Source: a virus
IMG/VR virus record: IMGVR_UViG_3300035137_000026
Location: 96,001 to 160,000 of that record
Strand: one strand, 5' to 3'
DNA length: 64,000 nucleotides
Shown here one piece after another: positions 56,837-64,000 of the stretch. The notes beneath the pieces are model-generated. The model did no database searches, was not told where the DNA came from, and saw only the letters and a program-made list of their open reading frames with translations. How positions within the stretch are numbered: position 1 is the stretch's first letter; every line of letters begins with the position of its first letter. Both the position numbers and the translations under genes were made by a program.

Positions 56837-58939
56837 CTATCTCATCCTTTTCATATTTGTTGCGACAGCCAATGCTTGCTGATAGGCCGTGTGGCTAACA
56901 TCCTCACGGGGGATGAACTCTACCAGTGTGCCGTCTTGTACCGTGAGTGTAATCGGGTGAATGTGTCCAGCCTCATTGTCCTCAGTTACTAGCTCAAGAT
57001 CATTGATAATCACCTTGATGAGTGGTGGAGAATCATCACTTTCAGGTGCCGTAACCCTAACACTCCCACTAACAATATTGACTGTGTCTTCTTCGAGGCA
57101 CTTTTCTAGCTTTCTCCACTGTCGGGGGAAGATGGTTGCTTCCATTCGGCCCGACTTGTCCTCGATGTTGACTACGGCCATGTTCATGCCACTCTTGGTC
57201 CTAATCTTTCTGATTGCTGACACAACCACTGGGATATTGATTGGCATCCCATCTTCAATTCCTTCTCCCTCCTTTAGCGCAGCAACGGTGTGTCGTGCGA
57301 GTCTAGAAAGACCAGGGTACTCGTCCATAGGATGTCCCGTCAAGTAAAATCCTAGCGTCTGACGCTCGAGCGCTAGCCTGTCTTGTCTTGAACCCTCATC
57401 TATCTCATTCATCTCCGGTAGTTGTGGCTCTTCCGGAATTTTGTATGGCTTTGGTTCTTTAAGCCGTTTTGGTTCTCTTCCCTTGGGGTTCTTCTTCCAC
57501 TTCTTGATTTTCTCGTCTCTTATGCTTTGCTTTACATCAAAGTCTATCTGGCAGGCCTTCTCCTTCTCCTTGATTTTGGCTACACGTTCTACCCATTTAG
57601 GATGTTTCTCATAATACTTATACAGCTCGTCCAGGTTTTTTACCAGTTGTCCTCTGGAGAATTCTGTTATTTCTCCAAGAGCACCACATGCTGCGAGAGC
57701 TTTAACGGTCCCCTTGTTGATCTTCCGTTGGACCATCTCTTCTAGAGACTTGAATGGCCCGTTGGTGTTCCTCTCTTCCACGAGTGCATCACAAGCTTTT
57801 GGTCCTAATCCTTTGATTCCGGCCAGTCCAAATATTATCGTTCCATTGTTGATGGTGAACATTCCCTCTGAGATATTTACATCAGGTGGCTGGATTGGAA
57901 TCTCTGCCTCTCTGCAGGCATAGATATACTTCACCAGATCCTCCTGATCCTTGAAGGATGCATTTAATAAGGCGGTATAGAACTCTGTAGGGTAATGAGT
58001 TCTTAGCCATGCTGTCTGGTACGAGATAATTGAGTAGGCAACACTGTGACTGTTACAAGTCACAATACCCTGGTCTGTTACGAAGGTATGGTTTGGCGCT
58101 GCCATTTCTACATCGTACACATTCTCCTTCCCGCAGGGTTCTATGCTACGGATGGCTACAGGTTGAGTATACAAACCACGTTCTCCCATCCTAGTCCGCC
58201 CCATGGTATAGTATGCTTTCTTATGGCAGGAGACACAGTACGTTGCGAGATTATCTAGGCTGTTGTTGCTGTGGTTTCTGTCTATGTGATGTATCTCGAG
58301 ACGCTGGTGTGTATGTTGGCAGCACTTGGCTTCACATTGGTTGGCCTTCTGGGAATTTAAAGCATATGGTATCAGGTTGCTATTTGAGTGGTGCCTTGGG
58401 TCATTAGCGGAACCTTTGTTAGTAAATCTGTATGTGGTATCTTGAGGTACATGCCCTGAGTTTATGTATAGGCGATCTTTGGGCTTTAGCTCTGCAGTAG
58501 TCTTCTCTCCATTAGTGGTCGGAAACTTGTGGTTCTCAGTGACCACAATACTGCGTCCATCTTCGGTTGTAATTCGGAATACAGATCTGGTACCTGCATA
58601 TCTAATGTCTACGATTCTATTCTTCCGTAACTTGCCGTCTTGACACATAGAGAATGCCGTCCCATATCCATATCGTCTATATCTGTAAGCTAGCGACGGT
58701 TTACCAATATTTCTAGCATATTCGGGATCGTTTGCTAGTTTGTACATCTGTTCGATGGTGGCCCGAAACTTATTTCTCTTCTGATGACCGACACGATATA
58801 ATGTTTCTTGCCCGCTTATGCATTTGTTGAAACAATTAGAGGCCACCGACCCGTTATTTAGAACAAAGTTGTGATCAGCCTCAAGGCCAATGTCGAACAC
58901 TTTCTGTTGGCCGAGGCTCTTACGGCTAATAATTTTCAT
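56837..58939 (-). CDS. dnaE: DNA polymerase III alpha (DnaE) C-terminal half: split intein C fragment, CFNK, HNH intein, C-extein
   Basis: CFNK|SHSVAYSIISYQTAWLRTHYPTEFY, IQPPDVNIS, IIFGLAGIKGLG, ERQTLGFYLTGHP, and the OB fold TKSGMNMAVVNIEDKSG. Confidence 0.93.
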   Translation of the reverse strand: MKIISRKSLGQQKVFDIGLEADHNFVLNNGSVASNCFNKCISGQETLYRVGHQKRNKFRATIEQMYKLANDPEYARNIGKPSLAYRYRRYGYGTAFSMCQDGKLRKNRIVDIRYAGTRSVFRITTEDGRSIVVTENHKFPTTNGEKTTAELKPKDRLYINSGHVPQDTTYRFTNKGSANDPRHHSNSNLIPYALNSQKANQCEAKCCQHTHQRLEIHHIDRNHSNNSLDNLATYCVSCHKKAYYTMGRTRMGERGLYTQPVAIRSIEPCGKENVYDVEMAAPNHTFVTDQGIVTCNSHSVAYSIISYQTAWLRTHYPTEFYTALLNASFKDQEDLVKYIYACREAEIPIQPPDVNISEGMFTINNGTIIFGLAGIKGLGPKACDALVEERNTNGPFKSLEEMVQRKINKGTVKALAACGALGEITEFSRGQLVKNLDELYKYYEKHPKWVERVAKIKEKEKACQIDFDVKQSIRDEKIKKWKKNPKGREPKRLKEPKPYKIPEEPQLPEMNEIDEGSRQDRLALERQTLGFYLTGHPMDEYPGLSRLARHTVAALKEGEGIEDGMPINIPVVVSAIRKIRTKSGMNMAVVNIEDKSGRMEATIFPRQWRKLEKCLEEDTVNIVSGSVRVTAPESDDSPPLIKVIINDLELVTEDNEAGHIHPITLTVQDGTLVEFIPREDVSHTAYQQALAVATNMKRMR
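58052..58822 (-). mobile_element. Cis intein (257 aa) with an HNH endonuclease in DnaE
   Basis: Starts CISGQETL, block B TENH, HNH motif EIHHIDRNHSNNSLDNLATYCVSCH, block F VYDVEM, ends VTCN followed by Ser +1. Confidence 0.88.
58835..58939 (-). mobile_element. Split DnaE intein, C fragment (35 aa)
   Basis: MKIISRKSLGQQKVFDIGLEADHNFVLNNGSVASN followed by CFNK; closely resembles the cyanobacterial DnaE IntC as recalled. Confidence 0.93.
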
Positions 58940-58959
58940 GTATTTTCCTACTGGTATGC

Positions 58960-61707
58960 TCAGATGGCCCCTAGTGCCTCGCTATATATCTCAAGGTTGG
59001 CGAAAACCCCGCCTAGTTGGTCATTGCCAGACAAGAATTGACATATGTCAATTCGGTCTAGATCATCTGGTATAACAGCAGATGTGTCTTGCGCCTTGTC
59101 TGCGTCAACCATTAGTCGGACATCATCAGGTTTCCAATGTATGTATCCACGGTGTTGATTGCCGTCACAGATATTGCCATCTACCGGTAACTGCACTGAG
59201 TATGCCCCGCCAACCCGTATGTAAGTTGACAGCCTGTTACTAGCTGAAAGGTTCATGAATGTCCATATCGCATCATTGCTTGATCCACCATCGCTAAACA
59301 CAAGAAATTGCCGATAAACACTTGGGGTAAAGTCTGGCAGCATAAAGTCAAATCCACAAGTATTTCTACCTCCGCTTCCGACTCCACCAAGATTTCCATC
59401 ATCGCTCTTAAATCTTAGTTGATCCTTAGATCTCGTCTCAGCTGAAGCTCCGGTAATTATTGGTGATGTAGCATAATCATAGTTCTCACATTGTGCGTAC
59501 CAAATATAAATATCTTCTGTTACACCATCCCCTGCAAATGTGACGTCGTTATCATTTTCTGCGACAAACACACTCCAATAATGTGAAGCAGCAGTACCAG
59601 TAATTTTTAGTACCACCAAAACAAAACCATCACCCAAGTCCTCGATGTATGGCAGAGCACCATTGCCGTTTGTTCCTATAGCAACATTAGCCAAGTCGAA
59701 GTGTGCATATGCTCCTGTTATGGAGTCAACTACCTTAATCCACTCCTTGTCACCTGCTTTAAAGACTGCGCTGAATGTCCAATCGTCAGCTGTAAGCGTT
59801 ATATTTGTCCGAACGCTATGAGTATCGTTATCTACACTACAGACAACTGCATCCATTTGAATTCCTGGGCCGGGTCCATCAATGGAATCAGAGTTGATAG
59901 TACATCGTGTTTTGGTCCATACGGCATTATTAAAGTCATCGCAATACGTAAATAGATTCTGTGACTGAGGTTCTGATAGTCCTCCCTTGATGATTCTCTT
60001 CTGTGTCGGGCGGGCCACACACCGCAACGCTTCTTCTCCAGCTAGATAATATCGTCGTGGTGGAACCTTCTCTAAGGTAATCTTATCAAATTCTACGTAT
60101 CCGTCAGTACTTGCAAGTGCATATAGGAAAGGACCTCGTACAGCAGAAGCGGTATATGATACATCAAAGTACTGCCAGTCTGTGCTGGTGGTAAGATTGA
60201 AGCTAGCACTCCCAATGTTAGATACCCGAGGAGTGGTCACTCCATCGCTTCTACCGAATCCTGTTATTCTGTATCTCTCACCTGGCTCACATTGATGTAG
60301 TTGCCGTGCAAATGGGTTGGTTGTCCCATCATATGCAATTCTAAGGCACCTAGAACCATCTACTGGATCACTTTGCTTAGTGAGTACTGCATCATTCTGA
60401 GCATCCCATCTAGCAACACCGGGAAGCTCCATATCTCCATCCTCTAGATATATACGCTTTATTACGATGTTATCAAACTCTGAGTATCCAGAAGCACCCC
60501 AGTTATAAAGTCTTATATCGCCTGCGCTTGTTACGAATACCTCGTCTAACTCTTGCCACTCGTTGCTGATTGTGCCAGTCCAAATTGAGGTACCACCCCA
60601 GAGGATTCTAGGGTACCCGGAGCTGCCGTCGCCACGGGCTCTACCAGTGATACGGTATGTCTTGTTTGGTGTGAGAACCTGTTGATAGGCATACGCATTC
60701 ATTGTACCATCATAGGCTACACGTAGTACCTGTCTTACTCCATATGACTCCTTAGTCAAAATAGCATCATTCCAAGGAGTCCAGTCGGAAGTTGACTCTC
60801 TTTCCATGTCACCGTCATTAACTACATTTCCGTCCGGCTCTGCTTTGTCTACATATGCAGGATAGTTTCTGGTCTTTAGGATTGGTGCAGCAGTGCCTTT
60901 GGCTAGCTGGGGCCACTGACCCCAAAACTTTGCTGATAGTTTTGCCGCTAGATCATCTTGTACATGTGTATCAAGCCAATCTTGGCCAATCCAGGTAGCG
61001 GCATAGAGTATATCTCCATCAAATGGTTGATTAGCTACTCTTGAACCAAAGTGGAATTCATTAGCGCCATTCAGAGTGGAGTGATATGATGATACATCAA
61101 CTGCCGAACCGCTAGGTAAGCCGTTAACATATATCTGAGCATATCCATTTCTATCTACAAATACCCATGCATCGTAATACCTACCTGTAATTAGGGTGTC
61201 TGAATATATGCCTATATAGCCACTTGAGTCATGTAAGACAACACGCAGTCTATGTGATGATGTGAATGTCCATTCCCAACCAACATTGCCAGTTCTAGTT
61301 GCTAAGATAGATCGATGTGCGGAATCATCAGTACAATTGAAAATTATTCCTGATACTATATCCTCGGTCGATACCTGACCAAATGTTGCATTCCCAGCCT
61401 TATAAAAATCGCTTCCTGCTCCGGAGAAGCGTACAGAACGGTCCATTGGCCCAAGTGCTATAGATCCTTGCCGATACTCTGGCTGCGTGCCACCAGTTTG
61501 TCTAGTAAGAATTTCCCCATATTTCCAAGGAGCAAGATCAGTACTATTGGCATCTATTCCTCTATACCTGTATAGAGGAGATTTGGTTTGTCCATTGATA
61601 GTTAGAAACTCAGACAGTCGGGCTATGCCATTGATGGGCATGTCTGGCTTATCTTTGTACAGCTCAAATGTCTTGAAGGCTGATGGTCTGGAACTACGTA
61701 TGATCAT
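58960..61707 (-). CDS. Lectin-rich fibre/spike-like protein (LamG + two CBM4/9-like repeats + head-fibre-like domain + LamG-like end)
   Basis: 915 aa; QIYVNG...FDGDI (LamG); two DGDME...W...YRITG..R.DG...EFD.I repeats; GGLSEPQSQNLFTY...ITGASAETRSKD. Confidence 0.7.
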   Translation of the reverse strand: MIIRSSRPSAFKTFELYKDKPDMPINGIARLSEFLTINGQTKSPLYRYRGIDANSTDLAPWKYGEILTRQTGGTQPEYRQGSIALGPMDRSVRFSGAGSDFYKAGNATFGQVSTEDIVSGIIFNCTDDSAHRSILATRTGNVGWEWTFTSSHRLRVVLHDSSGYIGIYSDTLITGRYYDAWVFVDRNGYAQIYVNGLPSGSAVDVSSYHSTLNGANEFHFGSRVANQPFDGDILYAATWIGQDWLDTHVQDDLAAKLSAKFWGQWPQLAKGTAAPILKTRNYPAYVDKAEPDGNVVNDGDMERESTSDWTPWNDAILTKESYGVRQVLRVAYDGTMNAYAYQQVLTPNKTYRITGRARGDGSSGYPRILWGGTSIWTGTISNEWQELDEVFVTSAGDIRLYNWGASGYSEFDNIVIKRIYLEDGDMELPGVARWDAQNDAVLTKQSDPVDGSRCLRIAYDGTTNPFARQLHQCEPGERYRITGFGRSDGVTTPRVSNIGSASFNLTTSTDWQYFDVSYTASAVRGPFLYALASTDGYVEFDKITLEKVPPRRYYLAGEEALRCVARPTQKRIIKGGLSEPQSQNLFTYCDDFNNAVWTKTRCTINSDSIDGPGPGIQMDAVVCSVDNDTHSVRTNITLTADDWTFSAVFKAGDKEWIKVVDSITGAYAHFDLANVAIGTNGNGALPYIEDLGDGFVLVVLKITGTAASHYWSVFVAENDNDVTFAGDGVTEDIYIWYAQCENYDYATSPIITGASAETRSKDQLRFKSDDGNLGGVGSGGRNTCGFDFMLPDFTPSVYRQFLVFSDGGSSNDAIWTFMNLSASNRLSTYIRVGGAYSVQLPVDGNICDGNQHRGYIHWKPDDVRLMVDADKAQDTSAVIPDDLDRIDICQFLSGNDQLGGVFANLEIYSEALGAI

Positions 61708-61708
61708 T

Positions 61709-62392
61709 TTATTCTAGAACGAAAGTGCAGCTAACAGAGAGATCTTCGGCATCATTATTTGTTCCGTTAGCATCTGTTGTGATTTCTATGTCGTCATCGA
61801 TGGAGACTGCATAATCTGTATCTATATCTACTGTGGTATGCACCCAAGATGTAGAAACGTCTCGTCCTTCGTTAGAATTGGTAGTACAAACTTGAGTTCC
61901 ACCAATAGAGACGTTAACTCTTGGTTGACTGGCTCCGGTATCTGCTGAAACTACACGATGAGATATTCTGGCTAGATATGCATTTCCTAGTCTCCACTGT
62001 ATATATGTTGCTAAGTCATTTAGGACAAGATCTGTATCGGCGGCATCGGCAAATAGGCCAGGTATATTTATATCTAGCTGCTGAACACGAGAAGTAGGAC
62101 CAAACTGGATCTCGTCATCACTGACACCCAATGGATATCCAGCTATTGTTACAGTACCACTAGAATAGTCAGTAATTATTCCGTAATACCAAGTACCGCC
62201 AGATTGGCGATAACGTATTGGACGACCGACCTTAAACTTCAGCTGATTATCTGAGTCGTCTGTGACAGTGAAGCTTGATCCGGATACTCGAGTGAACGAG
62301 TTGCCACCGAACCATGCTTCTGATATAGAGAAATCACTAACAATTTCATGATAATCCAGCTCTTTAGAAAATGGATTATACTTATAGGGCAT
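61709..62392 (-). CDS. Short fibre/spike-like structural protein
   Basis: 227 aa; MPYKYNPF N-terminus and RVSGSSFTV...FKVGRPIRY resemble phage fibre modules; RBS GGAGG. Confidence 0.5.
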   Translation of the reverse strand: MPYKYNPFSKELDYHEIVSDFSISEAWFGGNSFTRVSGSSFTVTDDSDNQLKFKVGRPIRYRQSGGTWYYGIITDYSSGTVTIAGYPLGVSDDEIQFGPTSRVQQLDINIPGLFADAADTDLVLNDLATYIQWRLGNAYLARISHRVVSADTGASQPRVNVSIGGTQVCTTNSNEGRDVSTSWVHTTVDIDTDYAVSIDDDIEITTDANGTNNDAEDLSVSCTFVLE

Positions 62393-62414
62393 TCACCGCC
62401 ACCTCCACAGTTAA

Positions 62415-64000
62415 TTATAGTATTTCTGCCAGTTCATGTATAGTATACAGGCTATGATTCTCTTTGTATATGGTGTCAATATCTAGCATTGTGCCATCAA
62501 TTGTAAGGAACTTATGATCCTTGGTGGCTTGAATAACAGTCCCGTCCTCGAGGGTGTATTCAAAGGTTTCCTGCTCGCCATTATCGTGCCACTGGCTGAT
62601 GGGTTGTATGGTAATAAGGCCGTTGCTGATTGAGTAGACATTACATTCCAGTTTATTACCTACAATATCCCCAATTCTCATGGGCCCAAACTCTACTGTG
62701 AGCACCTCAGTTTCGTATGTCAGACAATATTTGGCGAAACCGGCAATATCGTCAAATAGCTTAGTAGCAATGCTCTCAGAGATACCATTTGTTATGCATC
62801 CGTTGACGAATTTCTCCCGCTCGGGCTCCATCTTCTCCCGGATCTTCTTGCCAATGATCTGCCTCATATTGTCGGCTTCGGGTAATGTATATCCAGCCAA
62901 ATCTGTACAGATCTTCATAATTTGCTCCTGGAAGCAATTATGGGAGACCACTCCATCAGCTATAAAGTACGGAAAGCTCTGGTCCTGCATCTGGATATCA
63001 TAACATTCTGCCAGTTTGGGTTCTGCTGTAAGGACGTCGAGGTCTTGTGCCTTGTATTCTACATATACTGGAAACGTATCTTGCAGGTATGAAATTCTGT
63101 ATGCTTCTTTATATACTGACAAGAAGCCTGGTATCCTCCAGACGTAGGAGTTGTTTCCCTGTGGTCTATACATCCCACTGCCATGAAGGCTACGTTGTAA
63201 CTGTTTCTTGTGAGATGGAGACTTATAGAATAGTTGCGAGCTTTTAATTAGCTGTCTTAATAGCTTTCTAGCTATAGGTGGATAATAACTATTTCCTATC
63301 CTGCACTTGTAATACTTACCGGGTAGCTTAGGAGCAATGAGGCTACAAAATGCATATCTGTCTACAATATATATGTAATTATCGGAGATACGATATGCTA
63401 TCTTCAGCGAACGCAATAAATCTCCAATGTCTAACAATAGCTTGTGAGAAACAGACCGATAGTAAATTAAGTTCTTTCCGTAGTGGCCGTCTGCGTCCCA
63501 TATTCCACGAAGTAGCTCTACCCTTGATCTTTCATTGAAGTCTCGGAACTGTGTGGGAAGTGTTTTGGTATGTGATTTACTTATCCATTGACCGACTCCA
63601 TACTGTTTATCTAGAAAATTAGTTGGTGGAGATTTTCTAGGAGCAGTATTAAATTTCGAATAAGCATACCATGCTCTTGTGTTTTGATAATATTTGGGCT
63701 CGCCGCCAAAAACTCTTGATATCTCTTCAGAAATCCATTTAGCCTGTTCCTCTGTGCTACATGTAATGGTTTTAGTCCCTGGCTTCATTTCTCCGTTTCC
63801 GATGAGAAGCCCCAATATGTAAGCCTTATCTGAAATGTCGATCAGGTTACTATTAGTTGCCCACTGACTGTATAATACAGATCCACATCGGTCGATTTGC
63901 CCAGATAATTGAGTAGATAAATTGCACTTTAGGTCTTTTGTAGCACAGTCACCATCTGTTGTAAGCCAAACGTGATCATCTGATGATTGAATTTCTTGCT
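62415..64000 (-). CDS. dnaE: DNA polymerase III alpha (DnaE) N-terminal half, truncated at the window edge: LAGLIDADG intein, 70-aa extein, split intein N fragment
   Basis: The frame is open to 64000. Extein CFQEQIMKICTDLAGYTLPEADNMRQIIGKK...LFDDIAGFAKY is the DnaE finger region. Confidence 0.9.
   Translation of the reverse strand, partial: QEIQSSDDHVWLTTDGDCATKDLKCNLSTQLSGQIDRCGSVLYSQWATNSNLIDISDKAYILGLLIGNGEMKPGTKTITCSTEEQAKWISEEISRVFGGEPKYYQNTRAWYAYSKFNTAPRKSPPTNFLDKQYGVGQWISKSHTKTLPTQFRDFNERSRVELLRGIWDADGHYGKNLIYYRSVSHKLLLDIGDLLRSLKIAYRISDNYIYIVDRYAFCSLIAPKLPGKYYKCRIGNSYYPPIARKLLRQLIKSSQLFYKSPSHKKQLQRSLHGSGMYRPQGNNSYVWRIPGFLSVYKEAYRISYLQDTFPVYVEYKAQDLDVLTAEPKLAECYDIQMQDQSFPYFIADGVVSHNCFQEQIMKICTDLAGYTLPEADNMRQIIGKKIREKMEPEREKFVNGCITNGISESIATKLFDDIAGFAKYCLTYETEVLTVEFGPMRIGDIVGNKLECNVYSISNGLITIQPISQWHDNGEQETFEYTLEDGTVIQATKDHKFLTIDGTMLDIDTIYKENHSLYTIHELAEIL
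62418..62726 (-). mobile_element. Split DnaE intein, N fragment (103 aa)
   Basis: CLTYETEVLTVEFG...QWHDNGEQETFEYTLEDG..I.ATKDHKFLT followed by a stop; near-colinear with the cyanobacterial DnaE IntN as recalled. Confidence 0.93.
62937..64000 (-). mobile_element. Cis intein with a LAGLIDADG endonuclease in DnaE (N-terminal part beyond the window)
   Basis: Block B SSDDH, AYILGLLIGNG and LLRGIWDADGH motifs, block F CYDIQM, ends VSHN followed by Cys +1. Confidence 0.88.

Noticed and set aside
58940-62414. Group I/II intron as the explanation for the interrupted dnaE
   Set aside because: Both flanks are complete, cognate split-intein fragments with their own stop and start codons; the insert is fully coding with no room for ribozyme structure and has no maturase/RT.
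58835-62726. Assigning a cyanobacterial host because of the DnaE intein
   Set aside because: Inteins move horizontally, and no photosynthesis-related or other cyanophage marker gene is in the window.
1-64000. Many 60-200 aa ORFs antisense to or nested in long genes (e.g. 4852-5466, 11458-11958, 54358-54888, 55904-56362)
   Set aside because: They overlap well-supported genes in other frames, lack recognisable motifs and have atypical composition; treated as shadow ORFs.
1-64000. Stop-codon reassignment, as seen in some large phages
   Set aside because: Genes are long, tightly packed and end at sensible domain boundaries with TAA, TAG and TGA under the standard code.
1-64000. tRNA, rRNA or CRISPR arrays
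   Set aside because: Intergenic gaps are all under about 100 nt, and I saw no cloverleaf or regularly spaced direct repeats. The Cas4-like genes have no cas1 or array nearby in this window.

Overview
This window comes from a large tailed dsDNA bacteriophage using the standard genetic code; the host cannot be assigned from the sequence. It has two convergent modules. (1) A + strand virion module (1-37148) begins with the C-terminal part of a large protein in the tape-measure position that carries RNA polymerase beta-prime-like catalytic motifs (DFDKD). It continues with a 2092-aa baseplate hub fusion, gp25-like and baseplate-J-like wedge proteins (implying a contractile tail), and a long run of fibre, lectin-like and other structural proteins. 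(2) A - strand module (37132-64000) holds a glycan-modification cluster (SAM methyltransferase, two sulfotransferase-like paralogues, GT9-like glycosyltransferases), a sigma-like protein, ThyX with two inteins, several PD-(D/E)xK nucleases, a DnaG-DnaB primase-helicase, an HAD nucleotidase, an RNase H-like exonuclease and a DnaE-type DNA polymerase. The most unusual feature is that dnaE is split by an intein closely resembling the cyanobacterial split DnaE intein. Two fibre/lectin-like genes fill the gap between the halves, an HNH intein sits four residues after the split junction, and a LAGLIDADG intein lies 70 residues before it. All family assignments are by motif recognition and recalled reference sequences; no database search was run.
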